DNA of 64,000 nt from the NCBI GenBank assembly GCA_951406725.2, contig OX597832.1, forward strand, positions 1,922,001 to 1,986,000. The letters are read 5' to 3'. Positions 41,134 to 54,523 of the stretch are shown in pieces (the first letter of the stretch is position 1; every line of letters begins with the position of its first letter). This DNA is from Octopus vulgaris (lineage: Eukaryota). The notes under the pieces were generated by a model. That model was not told the origin of the DNA and ran no database searches. It saw only the letters and a list, made by a program, of their open reading frames with translations. A program made the position numbers and the translations under genes.

Positions 41134-42783
41134 GACCTAAAACTATACGCTGCAAATGACAAACAGCTGGAAACACTATTAAAGACAGTTCATGGATTTA
41201 CCAAAAAAATAGATATGAAATTTGGATTAGAAAAATGCGCCAAAGTAACCATGAAAAGAGGAAAACTAGTTAAGAGTAACAACATCACACTAGATGAAGC
41301 AAATGAAATAAAAGAATTAGACCAAAGCCAAACTTACAAATACTTAGGAATCCATGAACTAGATAAGACACAACACACACAAATGAAAGAGAAAATAAAA
41401 AAAGAATATTATAGACGAGTTAGATCAATACTAAACACAGAGCTCAATGCTAAAAACAAGATAATAGGTATCAACACTTTAGCTGTCCCAGTTATAAGTT
41501 ACAGCTACAATATCCTTAACTGGACACGAAATGAACTGACCAAAATAGACAGGAAAACAAGAAAAATAATGACAGGATCTAGGATGCATCACCCAAAATC
41601 TGACATAGAAAGACTATATATACAACGTATAGAAGGTGGTAGAGGCCTTATACAGCTGGAAAACTACTATAAAATAACCACCATAGGACTGCAAAAATAT
41701 CTACTTCAGAAGGAAGGAAAACTGATCCAGATAGCGGCAAAACACGAGCAAAACAAAAAACTGTTCTCAGTATTTAAGGAAGCTGACAAATACAAACAAG
41801 AAATCATACCACCTAATAAACATGAAGAAGAAGAAGAAGATGAAGAAACAACAAAAGCTATAAAAAAAATGAAATCCAAACTAAAAATAGAACAGCAAAG
41901 AACCATGATAAAACGATGGCAAGAAAAGCCCCTTCATGGTAAATACTGGACTAAACTAAACGCAAAAGAAATAGACAAAGAAAAATCCCAGCAATGGTTG
42001 AGAAGCTCAGGACTCAAAGCAGAAACAGAGGGATTTTTAATTGCAGCACAAGACCAAAGCCTCCCCACCAGAAATTACCAAAAACATGTAATGAAAAGAA
42101 ATATTACAAGTAACTGCAGAATATGTGGAGATGGACAAGAAACAATAAATCATATTATCTCTAGCTGCCCAGTCCTGGCTAAGAAGGAATATATTCACAG
42201 ACATGACAGAGTTGGAACTTACATACATTGGAAGCTATGCCAACATTATGGAATAACAACAGAAAAAAGATGGTATAGGCACACACCAGAAAAGGTCACA
42301 GAAAACGAGAAAGCAACCATACTCTGGGATATGCCGATACACACAGATAGAGAAATTAAGGCCAACAGACCAGATATAGTTGTCAGAGACCATGAAGAAA
42401 AAAATGCTTTCTAATTGATGTATCAGTACCGGCAGATGACAACGTGTCTCTAAAAGAAATGGAGAAACTCTCAAAATACAAAGACCTGGAAATAGAGGTA
42501 ACTAGAATGTGGAATCTGAAAACAGAAACAATTCCTATCATAGTAGGTGCATTAGGCATGATAAAAAAATATTCAGACAAATACATAACAAAAACACCAG
42601 GACTTACAAACACATATAACATACAGAAAATTGCACTACTGGGCACTGCACACATCCTACGCAGAACACTTTCCATACAATAACCATCAGAGCATCACAA
42701 CAAATCACAGCACATACCCAAGGCACACAGAGCTGTGCTCGGTAGTGAAGTGAAAGCACGCTATAAAAATAAAAATAAAACTA

Positions 42784-42786
<3 letters not shown>
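41134..42786 (+). mobile_element. 5'-truncated, young R4/Dong-type element C
   Basis: Starts mid-RT (DLKLYAAND) right after (TAA)n. Contains CRIC...H...C, RHD, RPDIVV, KEMEKLSKYKDL and IIVGALG. One frameshift in the A-run at ~42400. Stop at 42683, then 3' UTR and (TAA)n. Confidence 0.93.

Positions 42787-42839
<53 letters not shown>
42787..42839. repeat. (TAA)n tract between elements C and D
   Basis: Direct reading. Confidence 0.97.
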
Positions 42840-45800
42840 GGAAGAGAGCTCCGGGCTGAATAACAACATGGATGTTCCCTGGGAGCCTCTCTCCAAAAAA
42901 CGAATTTAATCCAACAACATCGTTGCAATGGAAGAAAGGTTCCACAAAATATCTTTTCCAAAATTTCTTTTAAGGCAAAGTAACTAAAAAGTCCGAACTA
43001 TTATTGCCATATATAGTATGGTTTTCTTTCTTTTATGCATAATATTTCCATGTGACATGCATAAGAAATAGAAGCAAACATCAGAGCTCTTGAAAGACAG
43101 TAAGTACATAAATTGATTAATTAATTAATTAATTAAATAAGTATACATGCAACTGTTTATGCATACACGTAGACATTTTAATTGTAAAGTATACATGCAA
43201 CTGTTTGTGCATACATGTACACATTTCAATTATAAAGCATAAATAATGCTTACACGCGCTCACACGTACACACAGAAAGAAAAACCACGTTACGCGGACG
43301 AAAACAAAACAAAAACAAAGCGCTTTTTCACGAACAAACGCAAAAAAGAGCAAATTGGTCACTGAATTTAGAAAGTCACTGAACAGTTATGTCCGGAAAC
43401 ATGACTACCAAAATAAATAGAGGCGAATTTCGATCTGTAAGTCTTATGCGAGTTCGATATGAACAATATATTAATTCGGAGAATTCAGAAGCGGTGTCTT
43501 GTCAAAAAATTGACCCTGTACAAACACTCCCTTCTTCTAACGACACCGTCACAGAGGCGGCGTCTTGTCAAAAAGTTGACTCTGAAAAAATGGACCCCTC
43601 TGATGTCGCCGTCAATCATTTAATGAAAACAAGCCAAAAATCATGCCGGATCGGTCATCGCCCGGGACAACAAGGACCGCGTTACCCAGTAGGGAACCAG
43701 ACTGGGGTCGAAAAGTTTGCTGCTGGAACAAACTCTCAAAAAGACGATCTACCAGGTGACCAGAACCAGAATACTTCTAACTCTGGACTTGTAGTGACAC
43801 CACCAAAAACACCACCTAAAGCAAAACGTATAAAATGGACCAGAGAGGACTATAGAGATGTGTTGAAAGCTTTTTATACAGCCCAACTAAACCCAAATAA
43901 TAACCTCAGTGTACAAACATACATCTCATGGAGACATTCAGTAGGCAATGACGTACGTAGATATATAGACGCAAATAAATTAAGTAATGTACGCAGAGAT
44001 ATAATTAAAAACAAAAGACTAACTGACGCTGAAATTGACAAAATTAGGACACTGATAGCTCATGGTAGACCAAAAGAAAACAGCAACAATGTAGACGAAA
44101 TAGGTAACAGTAGCACAGAAGCCAGTGTACAAGCGGCAAATCAACTTCCCAATGGGGAAGTTAAACAAAGAATAGCGAAGACGAGAGATTTGAAAACAGA
44201 GGAGAACGTAGACCTTCCTCAAGAAAACCAAAATAGATATGACATAGAATTTGAGGTGAATAATAGAGAAAAGATTATGGAAGCAAAAGTGGACATTATG
44301 AGAGAACTCGGCAAGATTGAGCTCACTGACATGGTTAATAGAGAACCACTACCAAAGTTTTCAAATGGCACAAGAAATAACAACACAATCATGACATATA
44401 ACGTTGCCCTAGGACAGATCTTAAGAAATACGGGGAATGATTTGACAACCTTAAATAATCTCATTTATTCCACTGCTAAAGTAGTAACTACCCAACTAGG
44501 TATTAAGATGACAAAGAAAAAGGCCAGGCATGTCAATGAACCTCCTAAGTGGAAAGTAGCGATACAAAAAGAGATTGAATCTCTGCGGGCGGATGTTTCA
44601 TTTCTCGATGAGCTTGCTAGAGGAGTGAATATTAAGCCGAGAAAAGCTAGAAAAATCAAGCAAAAATATAAAATCAAAGATCTCATAAACCTCCCTGCAA
44701 CTAAGGAACTGTTGAAACAACGGATACAGTTGAAAGCTCAACGGCTTAGAAGGTATGACAAAAGAAACAAATTTTATCGACAAAATAAATTTTTTAAGAC
44801 AGATGCAAAGAAATTTTATAGGGAAATTGGCAAAAATAAAATACACATAGAAGATCCACCTAAGATTGAGGAAGTGGAGGAGTTCTGGAAGAAGGTATGG
44901 AGCAACGAAAAAGAGTTTAATGCTGAGGCTGACTGGATAGAACGTGAGAAAGAGAGACTGGATGAACTTGAAGAACAGAAATGGGAAGCAATAGGAATAG
45001 AGGAGCTAAGGTGTGTCCTTAGGAAGGTTCATAAATGGAAAACCCCAGGACTGGATCGGATCCCTAACTTCTGGCTGAATTGTTTGACAGAGGTACACGA
45101 ACATCTCGCTGCATCTCTGTCTGATGTCATTCAGAACCCAGAGCAAATACCTGCTTGGCTGACTGAAGGAACCACCTACCTATTACCTAAAACCGAAGAC
45201 ACAAAAAACCCAAAGAATTACCGGCCAATAACATGTCTCAACACCACCTACAAAATCCTCACATCCATAATAACGGAGAGAATGTACGCTTTCCTTGAAC
45301 AAAATTCTATCCTTCCACAAGCTCAAAAAGGTTGTAAAAGAAACTCTTATGGGTGCAAAGACCAATTGCTCATAAACAGAATGATTGTAGAGAATTGCCG
45401 GAGCAAAAACAAAAACCTGAGTATGGCATGGATAGACTACAGGAAAGCGTATGACAGTGTCCCACATAAATGGATACTCAAGGCCCTTGAGATATACAAG
45501 ATCTCTCCTGTCGTCTCAAAATTCTTAGAGAATAGCATGACCATGTGGAACACACGTCTCTTTTTAAGCCATAGTAATGGGATGAGCCAGTCCAACAGCA
45601 TCAACATCAAACGAGGCATCTTTCAAGGTGACTCCCTCTCTCCATTACTTTTTTGCATGGCACTGATCCCACTCTCAAACGAATTGGATAGTACTAGATA
45701 TGGGTACAAAGTTTTTAGTAAATTAATAAACCATCTTTTCTATATGGACGACCTAAAGCTGTTTGCCAGGAATGACCAAGAGCTAGAAGGGCTGCTAACA

Positions 45801-47450
45801 ACTGTTAAAGAGTTTAGCAATGATATCGGAATGGATTTTGGCCTTGATAAGTGTGCTAAAGCAACTTTTGTAAGAGGCAAGCTCAGGCAAACAGCTTCTG
45901 TTAAATTAGATATTGACACTACCATCAAGGAACTTGACCCACAGGAAAGTTACAAATACCTAGGAATCAACGAAGGAGATGGTATACATCATGCTACTAT
46001 GAAGGAAAAAATAAGAAAGGAATACTATAGGAGAATAAGGCTTGTACTGAAGACTGAGCTCAACTCCAAAAATTGCATTGAGGCCATTAACACCCTGGCA
46101 CTTCCAGTAGTCCAGTACAGTTTTAATATCATTAACTGGAACCTTACGGAACTCCAACGCTTAGACAGGAAGACAAGAAAGTTACTGACATCCAGGAGCA
46201 TGCACCACCCTAAGGCAGATGTAGACCGCTTGTACCTACCTAGAAGCAGCGGGGGGAGAGGAATGATGCAATTAGAGCTGTGCTATAAGACCTCTACTGT
46301 AGGAATGAACAGGTACCTATCTAGTACAAAGGACTGGATGCTGCGACTTGTGCGCGAACACGAAAGCAACAAAAAGCTGCATTCTATTGTCAAGGAAGCT
46401 TATAAGTTCGAAAGGGAACTAGACATTAACCTTGAATCAAATGAAGAGCCGGAAACCACTGCTACCAAGCAAGCAAAGCGAATCAAGCAGACTGCAAAAA
46501 AGAACGGGCAGAATCAAATTGAGAGGCGGTGGAGCCAGAAGCCCCTGCATGGACAATATATTCTCCGAAGCCAAAATGCTGATGTAGACCAAGCAACAAC
46601 CCATCCGTGGCTGAAGAGCTCTGGATTGAAAGCAGAGACTGAAGGTTTCATAATGGCAGCACAAGATCAAAGCTTGTTTACCAGAAATTACCAGGCTAAC
46701 GTTCTCCGAAACGGTACTGACCCTAAATGCAGATTCTGCGACACATTTGACGAAACGATAGACCATCTCGTTTCGGGATGTCCTGTGCTGACACCAAACG
46801 AATACAAAAATCGCCACGATAGGGTAGGACAGTATATACATTGGAAGATATGTAAACACTACAAGTCCGACACTCCTGCTAACTGGTACGAACACCATCC
46901 TCAGCCAGTTGTTGAAGGTAAAGATGTCACCATCCTCTGGGATTTTCCAGTCAACACTGACAGAACGATCAAGGCTAATCGACCAGACATAATTGTTAAG
47001 GACAGGGAAGAAAATACCTGCAGACTAATAGAAGTAAGCGTCCCCACTGATAAAAATGTATCTGTCAAGGAATTTGACAAACTTAGTAAATATAAGGACC
47101 TGGAAATCGAAATACAGAGGATGTGGAATCTTAAAGCAAAAACTGTTCCTGTTATTGTAGGTGCCCTAGGTATGATAAAAAAGGGATGTCAGAAACACCT
47201 AGACAATATCCCTGGAAAACCATGTCTCAAGGAAATTCAAAAGATTGTGCTAACAAGTACTGCCCACATCCTTAGAAAAACCCTATCAATGTAAATGTCT
47301 GTGTTTGCATTACATGGAGATATATTCTCTACTTCCCCTCCCCAAGCTTTCAGCTGTATTTCAACAACTCTTAACCTTCACTTGCCCTAGGGCGCTGGGT
47401 GTGCCCCGGCAGGTGATTGCATCAAACATGCAGATTAAAAGTAAATGACA
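42840..47450 (+). mobile_element. Full-length, apparently intact R4/Dong-type non-LTR retrotransposon D
   Basis: ~550-bp 5' UTR, a single uninterrupted ORF and a ~150-bp 3' UTR, with (TAA)n on both sides. Confidence 0.93.
43389..47294 (+). CDS. 1301-aa retrotransposon protein: N-terminal Myb-like region, RT, CCHC zinc knuckle, PD-(D/E)xK restriction-like endonuclease
   Basis: RIKWTREDY...; WKTPGLD, NYRPITCL, WIDYRKAYDSVPH, GIFQGDSLSP, YMDD, YKYLG and GGRG; CRFC..ETIDHLVSGC; RHD; RPDII..IEVSVP..KEFDKLSKY. The start codon is uncertain. Confidence 0.92.
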   Translation: MSGNMTTKINRGEFRSVSLMRVRYEQYINSENSEAVSCQKIDPVQTLPSSNDTVTEAASCQKVDSEKMDPSDVAVNHLMKTSQKSCRIGHRPGQQGPRYPVGNQTGVEKFAAGTNSQKDDLPGDQNQNTSNSGLVVTPPKTPPKAKRIKWTREDYRDVLKAFYTAQLNPNNNLSVQTYISWRHSVGNDVRRYIDANKLSNVRRDIIKNKRLTDAEIDKIRTLIAHGRPKENSNNVDEIGNSSTEASVQAANQLPNGEVKQRIAKTRDLKTEENVDLPQENQNRYDIEFEVNNREKIMEAKVDIMRELGKIELTDMVNREPLPKFSNGTRNNNTIMTYNVALGQILRNTGNDLTTLNNLIYSTAKVVTTQLGIKMTKKKARHVNEPPKWKVAIQKEIESLRADVSFLDELARGVNIKPRKARKIKQKYKIKDLINLPATKELLKQRIQLKAQRLRRYDKRNKFYRQNKFFKTDAKKFYREIGKNKIHIEDPPKIEEVEEFWKKVWSNEKEFNAEADWIEREKERLDELEEQKWEAIGIEELRCVLRKVHKWKTPGLDRIPNFWLNCLTEVHEHLAASLSDVIQNPEQIPAWLTEGTTYLLPKTEDTKNPKNYRPITCLNTTYKILTSIITERMYAFLEQNSILPQAQKGCKRNSYGCKDQLLINRMIVENCRSKNKNLSMAWIDYRKAYDSVPHKWILKALEIYKISPVVSKFLENSMTMWNTRLFLSHSNGMSQSNSINIKRGIFQGDSLSPLLFCMALIPLSNELDSTRYGYKVFSKLINHLFYMDDLKLFARNDQELEGLLTTVKEFSNDIGMDFGLDKCAKATFVRGKLRQTASVKLDIDTTIKELDPQESYKYLGINEGDGIHHATMKEKIRKEYYRRIRLVLKTELNSKNCIEAINTLALPVVQYSFNIINWNLTELQRLDRKTRKLLTSRSMHHPKADVDRLYLPRSSGGRGMMQLELCYKTSTVGMNRYLSSTKDWMLRLVREHESNKKLHSIVKEAYKFERELDINLESNEEPETTATKQAKRIKQTAKKNGQNQIERRWSQKPLHGQYILRSQNADVDQATTHPWLKSSGLKAETEGFIMAAQDQSLFTRNYQANVLRNGTDPKCRFCDTFDETIDHLVSGCPVLTPNEYKNRHDRVGQYIHWKICKHYKSDTPANWYEHHPQPVVEGKDVTILWDFPVNTDRTIKANRPDIIVKDREENTCRLIEVSVPTDKNVSVKEFDKLSKYKDLEIEIQRMWNLKAKTVPVIVGALGMIKKGCQKHLDNIPGKPCLKEIQKIVLTSTAHILRKTLSM

Positions 47451-47452
47451 AT

Positions 47453-49289
<1,837 letters not shown>

Positions 49290-49291
<2 letters not shown>

Positions 49292-51590
49292 CCTGAGATG
49301 CCAAGAACGATTCTAAGTATCCTAGCTGTCCCTAATAACGCTGTTTTCTGGAGCTGTACTAAACTAGGTTTTGTGCCTATTTCCTCTATGCATCAGTTCA
49401 GATCTTTAGGGATAGTTTCCAATGCACCTATACCTACTGGGATACTTTTACCTGCACTTTCCATAGTTTCTGTAATTCACTAGCTAGGTCCTGGTACTTT
49501 GCTATTTTTTTATACTTCTCATATTCATTTGGGACTGTTAAGTCAGTTATCTGTCATTTTCTAATCTCTTTTAGCTTCTATTACTCTGTCAGTCTGAATG
49601 TCCCACAACATCTTGTATTTCTTACTTTCTAGTACTGTATTAGGTTCATGTTCATACCATTTACCAATATGTTCAAATCCTAGCTTTCTACATAACTCCC
49701 ACTGGATCACTCTTTCTAGATTGTCATGTCTTTTCTTGTATTCTTTCCGTGCCAGCATGCTACATTTACTTCCTATATGAGTAACGCTTTCCTCTTTTGA
49801 TTTGCGTAATCTACATTAGGAATCTACTTGGCTTTTGTCCATCTTGGCTTTTATCCAATCAGTCCTTAATGCTTGATCTTGAGAAACTACTAATAAATTT
49901 CTGTCTCTCTTTTTAGCTTTCCTTTCTGCAACCATAACCATGTCTCACTATTACTGTTTGCTGCAACACCCTTTGGGAATCTACCATGCAACGCCTTCTC
50001 CTGCCAGTCAGATAAATTCTGTTCATTTTCTCTGGTTTTTAAATTCGTTTGGATATTTGGTTACCCTGTCTTGCTGTGGTTCTAGCAGCTTTTAATAAAC
50101 TTCTTCACTATTACCTATATATGAGTCTATTTTCTACTGTAGCAAACTCAACGCAGTCTTCTACTTACATTAACCCTTTTCTGTTTTCCTTTCTAGGTAG
50201 GTATAATCTTGCTACTCCAGCCCTTGGATGCAGTCCTTCATTCATATTGAATTCCTTCCTAGTTCTTCTGTTTAGCTTTGCTAGTTCAGTTTTTGTCCTA
50301 TCTACAAAAGCTGCTGAGTATCTAAGTAACGATATTGCTAAAGTATTTATAGCCTTCACTAGATTCGGACCACATAGCTTTGACTTCATTAGTTTCCTCA
50401 CTCTTCTGATGTATTCGTTCTCAATTTTCGTTTTCATTTCTGTAGTTAGTACTCCGTCATATTCTAATACTCCTAGATACTTATAACTCTCTCCTCCTTT
50501 CAATGATTTTAATGTCTGGCAATCTGGTAATTGGATGCCTTCGCTGTTGTCTATCTGTCCTCTTCTCATGACTAATATTGCACACTTATCTATGCCAAAT
50601 TCCATGCCTATATCTTTGCTGAAGCGTCTTACAGTCTGTATTAAGGAATCTATCTTTTTTCCATTCTTACTGAAAAGCTTCAGGTCATCCATATAGAACA
50701 AATGGTTAAGTTTTCCTTTACTATTTCTGAACTGATAACCTGCTTCTGCCTTCCTTGATATTAGATTGAGGGAGATCAAACATAAGACAAATATAAAGGG
50801 AACAATGCGTCCCCCTAGAAAATTCCTCTTTTGATATTAACTTTCCCTAAGAGTGTGTCACCTGAGTAGAGACCTACTTTCCATTTCTTCATGCTACAGC
50901 TAATTAATTCTTTTATGTTGTCTGCTATACTGAATATACTCAAACATTCACTTTTCTGTGAGTATGGGATCATGTCATAGGCTTTCCTATAATCTATTCA
51001 TGCTATTGTTAGATTTTTCTTTCTAGCTGTTATTTTTAGAAATGCATTGTCTATATGTAATGGATCATGCGTTCCTCTAGCCTTCATCCTGTAACCTTTC
51101 TCTTAATAAACCATAAAAGAATTTTTCATTTTTCAAAATAAGACAAATCTAACAATAAGATAGAAAATAATGTTTATTTTTGCTTACTTCCACTTTATAT
51201 TTGAAAAGTTTTCTCCTTTTTTTAATTCGAAAGTCTTTGAAAGATGCTCAAAATTAGTCTTATATAATACATCTGGTTCTATACTTAGTAGAGATAAGGC
51301 ATCCCAAATATTATTTTAGCAAGTTTAAAATGATTTCTTTTGTGTCGTAAACCATTTACTATTTCTGTGATGCCTTAAGCACGTGCATATTTTGCTTAAT
51401 GGTTAATCCAGTGCTACTCTTAACTTTCATAATGAGTATTGTCCTACCTCTAGTCATCCAATCTGGTATTATTCCTCCATTAAGGAAATTCCTGAAGTTG
51501 TTCCCTTAGCCTCCCATGTAAACTACTAAATTTCTTTAGCCAGTACCCCTGAACTAAATCTGGTCCTGGTTCTAACACTTTACTCATTAC
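49290..51590 (-). mobile_element. Decayed Dong element F (RT to C-terminus)
   Basis: PGPDLVQGYW, GIF*GD, FYMDDLKL, YKYLG, KKRHD and QKTALLGTARIL. Its 3' UTR lies at 58054-58128 on the + strand. Confidence 0.88.
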
Positions 51591-51698
51591 TGCACTAGTT
51601 AGTTTTAAATCTGGTTGCTTCTCACTCACTACGTCTTCCTTCACTGCATCATCATCATCATCATCATCATTACTATTATTATTATTATTAATATTGAA

Positions 51699-51914
51699 GG
51701 CGGCGGCGATCTGGCAGAACCGTTAGCACGTCGGGAAAAGTGCTCAGCGGCACTTCATCCGTCGTTACGTTCTGAGTTCAAATTCCACCGAGTCGGACTT
51801 CGCCTTTCATCCTATCGTGATCAATAAAATAAGTACCAGTTACGCACTGAGATCGGTGTAATCGACTAACCCCTTCCCTCAAATTCTTAGGCCTTGTGCC
51901 TATAGTAGAAAGGA
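51699..51914 (+). mobile_element. SINE S1 copy embedded in (ATT)n
   Basis: GGCGGCGATCTGGCAGAACCGTTAGCACG...GTTCAAATTCC...CCTTTCATCC...GGCCTTGTGCCTATAGTAGAAAGG followed by (ATT)n. Confidence 0.85.
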
Positions 51915-53039
51915 ATTATTATTATTGTTTATCGCCAAGACTAGAAGTATCGCGAACGCTCTGGAGTTATTGACTTGTTTTCATTGTTATAAGTCTACTT
52001 GTGTTTCCTTTTTTGTTATAGTCTGCCGTATTTTGTGAAGATCATAAGGATTTGAGCAAAAGTTATTGCTATCTGCTCGAGGTTGTGAAATTTCGAAAAG
52101 AAAATATTGATTAAAATTTAATATGGCGTCGTCTTCATTGCCAAACCGAGAAGTGAGGAAGGTGGGAAGTGGTTTTGAAGGCGAAATTGTTTTTCGCGAT
52201 CACACTACTCCTCGGTTGATCTATGAAGCATAGGAAGAGATACTAGCAGCAAAATCATCATCCTCATCATCATAAGCAGCAGCAACAACAACAACAAAAA
52301 TATAAAAGAAAAAAGAAAACAACACCACTGCCATCACCAACGCCGATCAAAGCAACGACAGCAACAAACAAAATAATAAGGAAAAGGAAGAAAATTTCTC
52401 ACACATAACACGTGCAAGATCAACCACCACCGCCACCACTACCACCAACACAGTCGTTGAGAATGACAAAAACCACAAATCGAGCGTCAACGATTTCACC
52501 GTTGCATAAGAAAATGTAATGCTGTCTTATGGACGATTTAAAAATGCAAGAAAAATGTTAAAAAGAAATGGAAGGTGTTACTCTTAATATCTCTGAAGCC
52601 ATTGTGGAGGACGCACCACAAAAAAAAACAATAATATACAAAACAATAGGAATAAAATGTCGTAAACTAGAGCGGGCAACAAATTGAAAAGTATCTAAGA
52701 CTAGCGTGGGACACGGAAACATACATCACAAAGGGAAAGCGATGTGGCACTGTAGAGCGAGACTTGCCACAGTGTCGGAGAAGGAAGCGGTAAGGAAACA
52801 CTCCACTTTGACATTAAAAAATTAAGAGCTGTTCCTGGCACCTATATACATTGGCCGTCACCTATATACATTGGCCGTCGAGTAGCGAAAATTGAAATTG
52901 GAGACATACCTGGATAGTTTGACGTTTTCGATGACGCCTTCGCAGGTATTTACGACATCTAGCAACAGAACGAAAGAATTATGTTCTGCGAGCAACGGAT
53001 GCTGTTGAGAAAGGAATCGAACAAAGGTTTATTATTATT

Positions 53040-53405
53040 GAGTAGTTTTATTTTTATATCGTGCTTTCACTGCACTACCGAGCGCAGCTCTGTATGCTTT
53101 AGGTATGTGCTGTGGTTTGTTGTGATGCTCTTATTGTTACTGTATTGAAAGTGTTTTACGTAGGATGTGTGCGGTGCCTAGTAGTGCTATTTTCTGTATG
53201 TTATGTATATACTTGTTAGTCCTGGTGTTTTTCGTATGTATCTTTCTGAATATTTTTTTTATCATACCTAATTATAATAGGAATTTTTCTGCTTTTAGAC
53301 TCTACATTCCAGATACCTCTATTTCCATGTCTTTGCATATTGATTTCTCCATTTCTTTTAGAGAAACGTTGTCATCTGTTGGTATTAATACATCGATTAG
53401 AAAGA
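53040..53405 (-). mobile_element. 3' fragment of a family-C Dong element
   Basis: Reverse complement of the C 3' end (QKIALLGTAHILR; UTR ...GAGCTGCGCTCGGTAGTGCAGTGAAAGCACG). Confidence 0.85.
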
Positions 53406-53417
53406 ATTTATTATTAC

Positions 53418-53453
<36 letters not shown>

Positions 53454-53479
53454 TATTATTATTATTATTATTATTATTG

Positions 53480-53760
53480 CCTTTGCACAGCTTTTAACGC
53501 TGGAGATGTACTACAGTGTCAGCTGTTCACTACCAGTGAATTAAGGTAACACCTCTTATTTTTCGAGCACCTTCCGGAGTATTCGAGCGGTTCCAAGCAG
53601 TGCTGTTTTCTGCAAGTGCTCCACTATTATTGCAGCCCCTATTTGTTCCACGTACTTTTCGAGATTTTTGCTCACTATTCCTAGGGCTCCGAGAATTATT
53701 GGTATTACTGCTACCTTTTCATCGTCCACAATTGCTTAACTTCCCAAGCTAACCTGTCAT
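53480..53760 (-). mobile_element. 3' fragment of a family-A Dong element, flanked by (ATT)n
   Basis: Matches positions ~215-500 in reverse complement. Confidence 0.85.
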
Positions 53761-53775
53761 ATTATTATTATTATT

Positions 53776-54329
53776 GAGTGAGAGAGCAGTGCATGCCATC
53801 AAAGTGACACTGGGGTAAAATATACGAAGCCCAATATACCCATCTGACTACCCGTCTGATAAAGGTACACCAGGCACATGCGTCATAACCATATGTGCAC
53901 GACATGGTGATCTCATATCAAGATAAACAGCACATGACCTTGCAGGTGGGGCCCAGTTAGAATTTTCTTCAGGTTGAGTAGCCCATCCCGCTCAAAAGGT
54001 CCCTGAATAAGGGTTGTTTAAGGATGTTGAAAGAACCACCCATGTTTCCACAGGTGAATTATTCAAACCCCAAAGAATCCCTCTCAACACATGGCTATGA
54101 TGCTCCCCCACTACTTCTGCTCGTGATCAGAGATGCACATATCGTCAGCCACTAAGGGACATGCTCAACTGGTTACGGTCAAACAACTGACAAGCAAATC
54201 TGTGGTATTGAGCAGAATATTTGCTGTAGCCCATCTTTTATACCAAGACAAAACAATGTACATGATAACACTTCCAATCAGTTAAGATCAGAAGCCATGA
54301 GAGCCACTGCCTGGTACTGCATCAGGGCA

Positions 54330-54330
<1 letters not shown>
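53776..54330 (-). mobile_element. 555-bp non-coding repeat embedded in (TAA)n; candidate Dong-mobilised non-autonomous element
   Basis: Second copy at 31045-31436. (ATT)n on both sides. No RT/RLE coding remnant and no tRNA head recognised. 3' stem-loop resembles the Dong UTRs. Confidence 0.6.
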
Positions 54331-54334
<4 letters not shown>

Positions 54335-54388
<54 letters not shown>

Positions 54389-54425
54389 CATCATCATCAT
54401 CATCATCATCAACATCATCATCATC

Positions 54426-54457
<32 letters not shown>

Positions 54458-54460
54458 CAA

Positions 54461-54523
<63 letters not shown>

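Noticed and set aside
52839-52879. 20-bp tandem duplication CACCTATATACATTGGCCGT
   Set aside because: Two adjacent units with no spacers; ordinary slippage, not CRISPR-like.
54290-54330. Resemblance to U2 snRNA (GCAGTACC..AGG)
   Set aside because: The match is too short and the rest of U2 is absent.
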